Shown piece after piece: positions 22,633 to 34,397 of a DNA stretch of 34,397 nucleotides; the first letter of the stretch is position 1; the number at the start of each line of letters is the position of its first letter. A model generated the notes under the pieces. The model had not been told where the DNA came from. It searched no databases and saw only the letters and a program-made list of their open reading frames with translations. This stretch comes from Octopus bimaculoides (taxonomy: Eukaryota): positions 54,810,495-54,844,891 of the forward strand of contig NC_068986.1 of NCBI RefSeq assembly GCF_001194135.2, in the 5' to 3' direction. The translations under genes and the position numbers were made by a program.

Positions 22633-23783
22633 AGCACCTTCCGGAGTATTCGAGCGGTTCCAAGCAATGCTGTTTTCTGTAAGTGCTCCATCCTTATTGC
22701 AGCCTCTATTTGTTCTATGTACTTCTCAAGATTTTTACTCCCTGTTCCCAGGGCTCCGACAGTTATTGGTACTACTATCACCTTTTTCATCGACACAACT
22801 GCTTAGCCTCCCAAGCTAACCTGTCATATCTATCGACTTTTCTTTCTTCCTTATGGCATACCTTGTTGTCAGCTGGGCATGCTATATCAATGATTCAGCA
22901 TAGTTTACTTTCTTTCTCAATTAATATATGTTTGGTTTCCTATCTAATGGTCGCACTGAATCATAAAATCCCATACGATCTTCGCATTTTCATTTTTGAT
23001 GATGCCTTCGGGTTTATATTCGTACCACTTTTTTTGCTCCATGAAGTCCATACTTGTTGCAAAGTGTCCAATAGACGATCTTTGCTTTATTGTCATGACG
23101 TCTCTTCTATTCTGTCTGGGCTAGTGGCGTACATTGACTGGTAATATGCCATACGGCTTCACCATTTTGTCCACAAATTCTGCATTTTGCATTTTCTAAT
23201 GTGTTGTCTATTCTGTATTTTATGTAATTGGTACTTAATGCTTGCTCTTAGGCAGCACAGATTAGAGCCTCCGTTTCCGGTTTTAAATCAGTTTTAGTCA
23301 TCCATAGCCATCTTTTTTCTCTGTCTTTCTTATCTTCAACATCCTTATAAAAGTGTCCATGCATTCTTTTCTTTATCCACCTGTTTTTAGTTGCATTCAT
23401 TCTCAAGTCCTTGTACAGTGCTTTATCTTTGCAATCTTCCATCCCACACAAGCGTGACCTTCTTATCTCCAATAATAGTGGTTCTGTGGCATTTTTTACA
23501 TACCATGTTATTTTCTTCTGTTCTAATGCTGTGTTCGCATCCAATCAGTCGTCTTCCCCTCTATTTCTTGGTATATACAGCCTGTCTGTGTCACTTTTGG
23601 GGCGGATTATCCCATATTTAGTCAGCAGCTTCCTTGCCTTTCTGTCTAAGCTGTTTAGTTCGCCTACTGTCAATGCAATTACTCCTGCTCCATATCTAAG
23701 TAGTGAAACCGCCCAGGTGTTGATAGCCTCAATCTTATTCCCTCCGTTTAATTTCGACTTATGGATTAGTCTCAGTCTGAGCT
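22633..23783 (-). mobile_element. R4/Dong-type (RLE) non-LTR retrotransposon, 5'-truncated fragment B
   Basis: Contains MHGHF...LKPETEALICAA, the zinc knuckle CRICGQNGEAVWHITSQC, KRRHDN, WDFMIQCD, IIDIACPAD, and VPITVGALG...LQKTALLGTARILRKVL. Several stops are present. Confidence 0.9.
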
Positions 23784-23793
23784 ATTATTATTA

Positions 23794-23891
23794 AGGTGGT
23801 GAGCTGTCAGAATCATTAGCACGCCGAGCGAAACGGTTAACGGTATTTCGCCTCTCTTTACGCTGTGAGTTCAAATTCCGGACGAGGCCGA
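23794..23891 (+). mobile_element. SINE family A head, 3'-truncated
   Basis: AGGTGGTGAGCTGTCAGAATCATTAGCACGCC...GAGTTCAAATTCC. Confidence 0.8.
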
Positions 23892-24309
23892 AAAGATAGA
23901 GGAAAGACACTTTCCTCTTCGGTCAAGGTGATGATGATGATGATGATTATGTTATTTATCTTTTTAGCTTTGCTTCGAGAGGGCCGCGCACAAGAGGTTG
24001 CTGAATGACAGCAGGGATACAAAAAATTAGCTAAGAAAATAGAGGAAATAGAAAAGCTTATCAAGAGAAGTGAATTTATTTAAGGAATTAACTATGTCAG
24101 TGTCAGTTGGAAACGGTAACGCTTTGTGATGGTTAGGGTTAGGGTGGCTAGATGATTGAAAGGTTTCAAATGTTGGCAACTAATTTTAAGTTCTAATGTA
24201 GTTATTTACTATTTACAACGATGACGAGGACAACAAGAACCAGAAGAAAAAAAAACAAGAACTACTACTACGACTACTACTACAAACAAAATATTGATAA
24301 TAATTATAA

Positions 24310-24560
24310 TCCTTTCAACTAAAGGCACAAGGCCTAATAATAATAATAATCCTTTTTATTATAGGCACAAGGCCTGAAATTTGGGGAAGAGGAATAGTCG
24401 TCTACCTCAACCCGAGTACGCAACTGGTACTTAATTTATCGACCCCGAAAGGATGAAAGGCAAAGTCGACCTCGGTGGAATTTGAACTCAGAACGTAACG
24501 GCAGACGAAATACCGCTAAGCATTTCGCTCGGCGTGCTAACGTTTCTACCAGCTCGCCGC
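24310..24560 (-). mobile_element. SINE family A, full length, with a duplicated tail segment
   Basis: Aligns with 11672-11888. AGGCACAAGGCCT occurs twice (about 24323 and 24363), separated by (AAT)n. Confidence 0.88.
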
Positions 24561-25336
24561 TCTTGGATAGACTTAAATTGAAAACACGATAAAGTTGATA
24601 AAGGAAAGGATAGAAGCTCGATCCTCAGTGCGCGTGCGCGCGCGCGCGCACACACACACACACACACATACACACACACATTACTACCACCACCACCCTT
24701 ATACATATGCACAATGGGGCTGCAGCGAGGAGAGGCGTCTTGCCGCAGAAACAATTCCGACCTTCTGGGACAAAGGACAGCATCTTCGAATCAAATGAGC
24801 CATTGTTATGGAGTTTCAAGTGTTCTAGATGTTAAAATTGCCAAAATCGAAGGTGTAAATTGGGACGATGGACCTACTTCTTCTCCACTTAAGGTTTCTG
24901 TTAAATTTCATTATATAGACGTAGGAGAAAATAGGGGAAAATATAAAAGGGACAGAAAATATTGGGCCTTCATTGTTTCATTGAAAGCATAAAAGACGTT
25001 ACAATAATAAATGCAGTACAATACAACCAACATGCATTTGTAAATATTTGCATATATCACGTAAAGAAAATGCATTTAGCTGCACTCGGTGAGTGCATAT
25101 GTAAATATAACGAGAGCAAATATCCGTGCAGATAAAATACTTAAATACGCAACGCTGAATGAATATATATGCACATGGTCACATGCACACACATCAAATA
25201 TGCATGTGTATACATATATACATAAATACATATATATGTGTATACATATATACATGTATATGTGTATATATACATATATATGTGTATACATATATACATA
25301 AATACGTATATGCATATGCATATATTTATATATCTG

Positions 25337-25399
<63 letters not shown>

Positions 25400-25993
25400 N
25401 NNNNNNNNNNNNNNNNNNNNNNNNNNNNNNNNNNNNNNNNNNNNNNNNNNNNNNNNNNNNNNNNNNNNNNNNNNNNNNNNNNNNNNNNNNNNNNNNNNNN
25501 NNNNNNNNNNNNNNNNNNNNNNNNNNNNNNNNNNNNNNNNNNNNNNNNNNNNNNNNNNNNNNNNNNNNNNNNNNNNNNNNNNNNNNNNNNNNNNNNNNNN
25601 NNNNNNNNNNNNNNNNNNNNNNNNNNNNNNNNNNNNNNNNNNNNNNNNNNNNNNNNNNNNNNNNNNNNNNNNNNNNNNNNNNNNNNNNNNNNNNNNNNNN
25701 NNNNNNNNNNNNNNNNNNNNNNNNNNNNNNNNNNNNNNNNNNNNNNNNNNNNNNNNNNNNNNNNNNNNNNNNNNNNNNNNNNNNNNNNNNNNNNNNNNNN
25801 NNNNNNNNNNNNNNNNNNNNNNNNNNNNNNNNNNNNNNNNNNNNNNNNNNNNNNNNNNNNNNNNNNNNNNNNNNNNNNNNNNNNNNNNNNNNNNNNNNNN
25901 NNNNNNNNNNNNNNNNNNNNNNNNNNNNNNNNNNNNNNNNNNTACAGCTTTAATAAAAAAGAATGCATATATATATATATATATATATGTACA

Positions 25994-26051
25994 TTTCTTT
26001 TACTTGTTTGAGTCATTTGACTGCGAACATGCTGGGGCACCGCATTGAATG
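25994..26051 (-). mobile_element. SINE family B extreme 3' fragment
   Basis: TTTTACTTGTTTGAGTCATTTGACTGCGAACATGCTGGGGCACCGC matches the family B tail. Confidence 0.7.
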
Positions 26052-26080
26052 TTTTTTTAAATTTTAAATTCTATGTCTTT

Positions 26081-26169
26081 GTGCAGCTGTGGATTGCTCT
26101 GCATTTTAAATTGATGTAATGCTTGCATTGTTCAATTAAATGGAGTTGCATGAAACGATCGTACTGCAT
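26081..26169 (+). ncRNA. Degenerate type I hammerhead ribozyme motif with long stem II
   Basis: UGCAG CUGUGGA [58-nt imperfect stem] GAA ACGAUCGU A CUGCA. Stem I is 5-6 bp. It has the same palindromic stem III and GUA triplet as 963-1014. Core A6 is replaced by U. Confidence 0.6.
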
Positions 26170-26426
26170 TACCTCTGGATATCTTTGTTGCTTATTTTGA
26201 TTTTAATCACCTTAATTTGAAATCGTATGGATAATACCGTACTAAATTCTGGTGCCTCAACTTAAGTACCATATTCATTACTTGGTGCGGTAATGATTCT
26301 GCCAGCTCGCCGCCTTAATTATACAATTTCTAATGATATTTAATTATGAAAATATAATAGGAATTTTAATGAAGGTCCTGTCGAGTAATATAGGAACCAA
26401 AGAGGTTTATAGTTTTAAAAAAGTAC

Positions 26427-26459
26427 CTGAGAAACACTGGTGTGGAGAGTACGAATAAT
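26427..26459 (-). CDS. Possible 33-nt micro-exon E0, YSYSPHQCFS
   Basis: Acceptor CACCAATCTTTTTTCACAG and donor CAG|GTACTT. Its phase joins E1 to give ...HQCFSACYSH... The exon is short, so chance occurrence is plausible. Confidence 0.3.
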
Positions 26460-26676
26460 CTGTGAAAAAAGATTGGTGATATACTTAAATATGATGTTCT
26501 ACATATATATTTTCTCATGTTCTTTTTTCCACTTAATGTATATTTCATCATAACAGTTGTAGCCTGTAAGTAATCTACGAAAGAAATTTAGATGAAAAAG
26601 CATCTTTAGATGTCTCCCTCTAAAAGTAATACTGAAGTAATTACAAAATCTTTTTTAAAAAATTAATAAACAATTA

Positions 26677-27535
26677 CGCAGGCGCAGCTGTGTGGTAAGA
26701 AGTTCGCTTCCCAACCACATGTTTCCAGATTCAGTCCCACTGTACGGCACCTTGGTTAAGTGTCTTCTACTATAGCCCCGGGTCGACCAAAGCCTTCTCA
26801 TCGGATATGGTAGGCAGAAACTGAAAGAAGTCTGTCGTGTGTATATGTGTACTAGTATATGTGTGTGTATGTGTGTGTGAGAAAGAGAAAGAGAGAGAGA
26901 GGGGGAAAGAGTGAGAGAGAGAGGAAAAGAGAGTGAGGAAAAGAGAGAGAGGGGAAAAGAGAGATAGAGGAAAAGAGAGAGAGAGGAAGAGAGAGAGAGG
27001 AAGAGAGAGAGAGGAAGAGAGAGAGAGAGGAAGAGGGAAGAGAGAGAGAGAGAGAGAGAGGAAGAGAGAGAGAGGAAGAGAGAGAGAGGAAGAGAGAGAG
27101 AGGAAGAGAGAGAGAGTGTGTGTGTGTGTGTGAGTGTGAGTGCGTTTGCGTTTGTGTTAGTCCCCACCATCACCACTTGACGGCCGGTGTCGGTTTATTT
27201 ACGTCCCGGTAATTTAACGCTTCAGCAAANNNNNNNNNNAGAGAGAGAGGAAGAGAGAGAGAGGAAGAGAGAGAGAGGAAGAGAGAGAGAGTGTGTGTGT
27301 GTGTGTGAGTGTGAGTGCGTTTGCGTTTGTGTTAGTCCCCACCATCACCACTTGACGGCCGGTGTCGGTTTATTTACGTCCCGGTAATTTAACGCTTCAG
27401 CAAAAAGAGAGCTATAGAATAATTACCAGGCCGTAAAAAATAAAAATAGTAGTGTCGAATTGTTCGACTAACCCTTTCAAGGCGGTACCTTAGTATGGTC
27501 GCAGTCCAGTGACTGAAACAAGTAAAAGATAAAAG
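26677..27535 (+). mobile_element. SINE family B, full length, with a large internal (TG)n/(GA)n array
   Basis: Head at 26677-26838, (GA)-rich array at 26880-27116, tail at 27310-27535. It includes an assembly duplication around the 27230-27239 gap. Confidence 0.85.
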
Positions 27536-28399
27536 TCAAATACAATACATTTTTTCTGAGTGCATGACGAAAAAATATATGCACCAGGCTTCTAGATAAT
27601 TTTTGCAGATTGTTTCAGTCATATATAAGAGTAATTTTAAAAACATTTAAAATTAGACATTTAAATTTGCACAATGATTTTTTTATAATGACCCGCCTGC
27701 ACGCAATGTCGTTCTTGCATCATCATAAAAAGATACAATGTTTTCTTTTCACACTTTCAATTATTAGCCTCGCTTTCGATTTCTACTTTCACTTTTCGCT
27801 AATGTATCGAAACAATCAGTTTAAATAGCATGCTTTCATTTTCATCATTGTACAATCATCATCATCATCATAATCATCATCATAAAATCATCATTATCAT
27901 CATTATCATCATTATCATCATCATTTTCGTTCTCTTCGTCGTCATCATCATCATTATCATCATCATCGACATCATCAATTCTCTACAGCTACGCAACTGT
28001 TTCTCCATCATCACCATCATCACCATAACAACGGTCAAAACAACAACAACAGTGATAGCGAAGAAAATTAACGAAAACAATTGCCCCATCACCTCTTTCA
28101 CCACAAACGAGGTTCAACATCCACATCACCATCACTCATTACCATTATCACTTTGAAAGAATCAAAACACCCACTAAAAATATCACTAGACTGATTAGCA
28201 AATCGAAAAATTACGGAACGAACGAATGTTCCTGACTTCTTATAACAGTCAATTGCCTTCATCATCTCGGTGCTAATAAAAATAGTGTGTGAATGTATGC
28301 GAGAGTGCGCGACTGAATATTTGCGTGGGTACACAAGTTTGTACGTGGAGTGTATTCTTCTGCTTGTAAGTTTATTACTTGAATATATATGTGTATATG

Positions 28400-28432
<33 letters not shown>

Positions 28433-28621
28433 GTATGTATGTGTGTATATTCTCACATGCACGCATATACATAAATATACAAATATTTGTTATATATGTA
28501 TATATGTGCATGCGTGTATAAACATACATGTATAAATTCAGATAAAGACACGAGTGCGCTTACACACATATATAAGTGTTCGTGGGGGTCCATGTATATG
28601 TGTTTCTATGTGTATATATTT

Positions 28622-28662
<41 letters not shown>

Positions 28663-28672
28663 NNNNNNNNNN

Positions 28673-28711
<39 letters not shown>

Positions 28712-31157
28712 CGGGCAAGAAAACTATGAAGATAGATATGTGTGTATAAATAGACATTTATATGTGCATATATATACACACACATGCATACACACACAGG
28801 TACGCGCGCGCGCACGCAAACGCACACATGCTCTTTATATGGGTATGTACACGCGCGTGCACGTGTGTCTGTGCAAGCAACGCACAATGGTAAAAAATTC
28901 AAAATCAACAAAGCTTTTACTGACAAGAAACGTCGTAATGTTTCTCCCATTTTTAATTATTAGCCGCTCTTAGCCTCGCTTTCGATTTCTACTTTCACTT
29001 TTACCCCTAATTTATCTAAACAACTAGTTTTAAATAACAATTAACAAAATTCAACCAGTTCACTGATCTTTAACCTTTCGTCACCATTTGCTATATTTTT
29101 CTTCAATATTTTTTGCTTACATTATTCCTCATTTATTTATTTATTGCTAATTTTCTCATCTTTCAAACCGATGAAGGAAGGACAAAACGTTGACCTTTCT
29201 TGACCTAATTCTCTATTTTTATAATAGTTAAATATCTTTATTTGTTTTATTTTATTTTATTTATCTTGTTTTCACTTCACTTCATTTTAGACTTCAATAT
29301 CTTGAAAGTTACTTCACGGATCAATTTATTTTTTATTCTGCCACATCTTAAGACGTTCCCAAAGAAGATCTCACGCACGCGCGCGTGCACACACACTTTA
29401 ACACACGTATACAATCAAACACATTTCCCTTCATCATTTTTTGTGTGTCTCTATCTCTTTCTCTGTCTCTCGTTCTCTCTGTCTCTCGTTTTCTCTGTCT
29501 CTCGTTCTTTCTGTCTCTCTCTCTCTCCTTCTCTTTCAGTCTCTGTCTCTAAAGATGTGTGGATGTGTGTGCGGTGGGGGGCGTGCGTGTGCGTGTGTGT
29601 TTGTGAAATATAAAAAAAGTTTCTGAATTAGGTATATGTATATATCAATAAATCATAGCATTCTACTCATCTATTTATTTATGCGTGTATATANNNNNNN
29701 NNNNNNNNNNNNNNNNNNNNNNNNNNNNNNNNNNNNNNNNNNNNNNNNNNNNNNNNNNNNNNNNNNNNNNNNNNNNNNNNNNNNNNNNNNNNNNNNNNNN
29801 NNNNNNNNNNNNNNNNNNNNNNNNNNNNNNNNNNNNNNNNNNNNNNNNNNNNNNNNNNNNNNNNNNNNTATATATATATATATATATATTTATATACATA
29901 TATATGTGTGCGTGTGTCAGTGCTCACACGTATAAATACACATCTACGCGCACACACACACATACATATGCGTATACATTCATGTATATACATATCTGTG
30001 TATACATATATATATATACATATATGTATTTGTACACGAGCAAATTTACAAACATAATAGTTATATATATATTAATAAGCGCCAAATATATATGCACACA
30101 CACACACACACACATACACATCTCTGCATGTGTAAATGTGTATAAGCTTACATGTATGTTCGTATGTACGTATGACTAATTGACCCAGCTGATCTTAGAG
30201 ATCGGGCAATTCACTTGCTTTATAAACCCAATTTACGTTAATGTCATTGATATTTTTTAAATCAGTGAAGCTAATTCAAAATCGTCAAAGACAACGTGCA
30301 AGCACACATTCTAACGTATATTTATATTCGCTGAGATAGTGTGACAATGTTCACGCATATACATGCACCTATATAAACACAGATACATAAAATTTTAACA
30401 TACCAATCTCATGCACGCTCACACAGATTTACAAATATAATGACATTCATATATACATACATCCGTACGTACATGTACGTGTATGTGTGTATTTGTGTAT
30501 GTGTGTCTGCGTGCGCATGCGCGTGTGTGTAAGAGTCTTCGTTGTGGCGTTGAGATTGTCTTTCCAGCATTTGTTCTGAATCTCAGCTCACTGAGTTCGA
30601 ATAGCGCTGAGATAAACTTAACCCTTTATCCATTCAAGGGCAGTTGCAGAATTGCTTGAGCGTCGACGAGATAATTTGCTGAATGTTTTAGTTAATCTTC
30701 CCCCAAAATGCTACCCAGACATACACCTTCGTGAGGTGCAAACGATGATCTTCATATGGATTCTTAATACGTTCCGGCAAATTAAAACGCAAAATATGCT
30801 AGTTGTTGTTGTGAACATCACAGAACTCCTCTCTTTTACGTCAGCAGCTTGTCCATAACACACTCGGCTCATTGGCGCACGGGATTGTAAAACACCGTTG
30901 TTTTAACATGTTGTTTCTCCTCAGCCATAATTACTCGGTCCTTTTGAGTCTAAGCATATCACGGGCTTTGTTTATAATTTCAGCGAAGAAAACTGTTTGC
31001 TGATCGCTGACAACCGATAGAAATGGATTTTTTTTCTTCTCGGTTGAAATAAATCAGTTTTAATGGACAAAGAGTAATATTAATAATGGAGTTATAAGTA
31101 CGGAAATATAATGATAGCAGATGTGGTGGCGTTAACACAATGATTGTGGACGCTATA

Positions 31158-31373
31158 CCAGGGGGTACTGAAAAGTTCTGGGTTTCAAAGGTATTACGAA
31201 AAGCCACGCTGGAGGCCCACCCTTCCGAGTTCTTTTACAGGGCTTAAAAAAACTGAAAGACCGCTGCAGTAAGTGCGTGAATCTGAGGGGAGAATATATA
31301 GTATAAAATCATAATTAACTGACCCTCCTGTATTTTCTTTTAACCAAAGCCGGGAACTTTTCAGCACCTCCAG
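31158..31373 (+). mobile_element. Mariner-derived MITE with TA TSD
   Basis: TA at 31156-57 and 31374-75. TIRs are CCAGGGGGTACTGAAAAGTTCTGGGTTT versus the reverse complement CTGGAGGTGCTGAAAAGTTCCCGGCTTT. The internal LQGLKKLKDRCSKCVNLRGEYIV* matches the mariner transposase C-terminus. Confidence 0.88.
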
Positions 31374-31516
31374 TAGTGGTGATTGTCACGGTAACAGCTG
31401 TAGTAGTGAATATAGTAGTTGTTGTCATGGTTGCTATAGATGAGATAGTGATAGCTGCGACGTTTATGGAGGTGAATGTAAGTACCAGCACAGCATGGTG
31501 ATTACTGTAATGTACC

Positions 31517-31815
31517 GGCACTCCGTCGGTTACGACGACGACGAGAGTTCCAGTTGATCCAATCAACTAAACAGCCTGATCGTGAAATTAACGCACATGT
31601 GGCTGAGCACGCCACAGACACGTGTACCCATGACGTAAATCTCAGGGAGATTCAGCGTGACACAGTGTAACAAGGTACTACTCATTTTTACCAGCTAAGG
31701 AGAGTGGAGTAATGTGACATAGTGTCTTGCTCAAGGACACAACACGTCACCGGGAATTGAAATCACGACCTTAAAATCGTGTGCCGAATTGCCTAACCAC
31801 TAAGCCACGTGCCTT
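31517..31815 (-). mobile_element. tRNA-derived SINE family C
   Basis: Aligns with 12255-12560. Confidence 0.85.
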
Positions 31816-31819
31816 CGCC

Positions 31820-32135
31820 GGTAGTAAAGTAGTAGCTATGTAATAGTGGTAAAGGTTGTTGTGCTGTGGTGTAGAGATAGTTGTGATGGTTGTGGTAGTA
31901 AATGCGAGGTGGTGGTAATGGTTAAAAAAAGGTGATTGGTTTATAGAATATGCTGCTGGCATTTACGGTGATGCATGTGACAGTAGTAGTGATGGTGGTA
32001 GTGTACGTTGGTTGTATTAGTGGTGGTTTTGATAGACGTAGTAGCAGTGGTAGCTTTAGTAAGGATTATTGTAGTAGTAGTAGTAGTAGTAGTAGTAGTA
32101 ACAGGAGCGGCGGCGGCAGCAGCACTAGCAGTGGC

Positions 32136-32173
<38 letters not shown>

Positions 32174-32217
32174 CAACAGCAGTAGCAACAGCAGTAGCAA
32201 CAACAGTAGCAACAGCG

Positions 32218-32255
<38 letters not shown>

Positions 32256-32590
32256 TGCTGTTGTTGTTGTTGTTTTAGCAGTGTGGTGATAAGAGTGTGG
32301 AGGTGGTCATGTTGTAGTATTGTATTAATAGTCTTGGTGATCGGTGACTGGGATGGTTATGACAGTTTTGAAATGGTATTAACGAAGGTGGTGAATGATC
32401 TCGAGGTTTGAGAGTTGCTTTCAGTGGTAGTTGTAACCACCGCGATGGTCATAGTGTGAGCTATAACGTGCTGGTTATGATTGCTGCAGTAAATATTGAA
32501 GCGGTTGGTTGCGATGGTGTTCGTGATGGTAGGCGTGGTGGTGGTTGTGGTAGTAACTACCCCGACCATCGCCACAAAATGGTGGTTGGT
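31820..32590 (+). repeat. Mosaic trinucleotide low-complexity tract (GTA/GCA/GTG/GTT)
   Basis: Pure (GTA)n runs at 32071-32100, 32138-32172 and 32218-32253. Confidence 0.85.
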
Positions 32591-32744
32591 TGAGTCGTAT
32601 TAACATCACAAAAATAGAATTAAATCATCACCAAAAATATCACCAACATCATTATTATTGCTCTTTCTGTTCCGTATTTCCTCTCTCACTCACTCTCTTT
32701 CGCACCCCACTTTCTCTCTCTCTCTCTCTCCCATACACACACAC

Positions 32745-32781
<37 letters not shown>

Positions 32782-33046
32782 NNNNNNNNNNNNNNNNNNN
32801 NNNNNNNNNNNNNNNNNNNNNNNNNNNNNNNNNNNNNNNNNNNNNNNNNNNNNNNNNNNNNNNNNNNNNNNNNNNNNNNNNNNNNNNNNNNNNNNNNNNN
32901 NNNNNNNNNNNNNNNNNNNNNNNNNNNNNNNNNNNNNNNNNNNNNNNNNNNNNNNNNNNNNNNNNNNNNNNNNNNNNNNNNNNNNNNNNNNNNNNNNNNN
33001 NNNNNNNNNNNNNNNNNNNNNNNNNNNNNNNNNNNNNNNNNNNNNN

Positions 33047-33081
<35 letters not shown>

Positions 33082-33227
33082 TTATATATGTTATATGTAT
33101 ACACGCATATATATATGTGCGTGTGTGTGTGCGTGCGCGTGCGCGTGCACGAGAGAGAGAGAGCATGTACACGTATATGTGTGTTCATATTTCTGCATAT
33201 ATGCATATAGCTAGGCATATATGTGCA

Positions 33228-33281
<54 letters not shown>

Positions 33282-33290
33282 CATCATCAT
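33228..33290 (+). repeat. (ATT)n/(ATC)n microsatellite
   Basis: Read directly. Confidence 0.95.
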
Positions 33291-33301
33291 TCATAAACAT
33301 A

Positions 33302-33346
<45 letters not shown>

Positions 33347-33974
33347 ATACTCACACATATGCTCACGCAGTAAACACACACGCTCATGCATCCTTCATGT
33401 GTTACGAAAACGTTGACAGAAGGGCAGAAAGGCAAAAGTAAAGAGGTTTAACCGATCGCTTTAACTGCTAAAGTTAATAGATTACTAATGAGATTCATAC
33501 AAACGTCGTTTCTTCTCTCCGCCATTTGAAAGACGCAAATACTATAAAGCAATAGCCGCGAGGACATGACACGGCTTCCATGTTAGTAAAAGGAATCCAA
33601 TGGCTGCCAATAGAAGAAATAATCTGACAGTGTGTGGCTAATGTCTGTGTGACTGTAGGTGTGTTTTGTGTGTGAGCGCACTCGTGTGTGTGCTATTTGT
33701 ATGCGAATGTCTGTATGTGAGTGTGTTTGTAATGTGCGGTTTAAACGTGGCTTATACGTATGTTAGTTTGTGTGCGTGTGTTGCGTGCGTTATGTATGGT
33801 ACATATTTCTGTGTATGCGTGTGTCTTTGTGTTTATGTATATGTGTGAGTGTGTGTGTGGCTGATTCTGTGCGTGTGTCTATGCGTGTGTGCGGGTATGT
33901 GTTATTTGTAAGTGAATGCATATGTGATTATGATGTACGATTTAGGAGTGGTTAATATGTGTGTGCTAGCTTGT

Positions 33975-34011
<37 letters not shown>

Positions 34012-34353
34012 TGTGTGTGCGTGCGTGTGTCTGTGTGTCTGTGTATGCGTGCGTATTATGTGTTTTATACGGTAGTGTTTTGTGGCGCGTGTGTGTATTT
34101 AGTAGTTTCTATTTCTGAGAGTGTGTGTGAATGTGTGTGAATATGTGTGCATGTGTGTGTCTATGTGCATGTGTATGCATTTGCACGTGTACGTATGTGT
34201 ATATTATATAAGTGATTTACATAGTTTATTTAGCTGTGTAGGTGCGCATGTGCGTGTGTTGTTTACGAGTGTGTGATATCATATATAAAATGAGGGAGAG
34301 AGCGCAGCTACGCATGTTTTGTTGAGGGGAAGCTGCAGTGATACCTATGTTGC

Positions 34354-34397
<44 letters not shown>

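Noticed and set aside
24625-24992. Overlapping ORFs 24714-24992 (+) and a possible minus-strand exon HLKLHNNGSFDSKMLSFVPE
   Set aside because: Only weak donors (GTCGGA, GTATAA) and no recognisable domain.
27070-27403. ~160-bp direct duplication inside SINE B
   Set aside because: Also flanks a 10-N gap (27230-27239); an assembly artefact.
30984-31020. Plus-strand EENCLLIADNR* after a good acceptor
   Set aside because: Too short to distinguish from chance.

Overview
Eukaryotic genomic DNA from a draft assembly with many N gaps. It is AT-rich and very dense in microsatellites. The SINE families resemble from memory those of Octopus (coleoid cephalopod); no search was run. No complete protein-coding gene is visible, and most ORF-track entries are translations of microsatellites or gaps. 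The window is mainly intronic or intergenic and full of mobile DNA: a near-full-length decayed Tc1 (DD34E), two copies of a mariner-derived MITE, hAT-like end fragments, two RTE fragments, two tandem R4/Dong-type LINE fragments in (TAA)n, a Penelope-like GIY-YIG fragment and three tRNA-derived SINE families. A few short candidate exons of unknown product are also present. The most interesting signals are: (1) two type I hammerhead ribozyme motifs sharing the palindromic stem III ACGAUCGU, one with an intact core; (2) an RTE insertion with a 16-17 bp target-site duplication whose 5' junction carries a ~145 bp inverted copy of the flank, forming a 317-nt hairpin; (3) a minus-strand exon chain whose best frame stays open only through an exon on the opposite strand.
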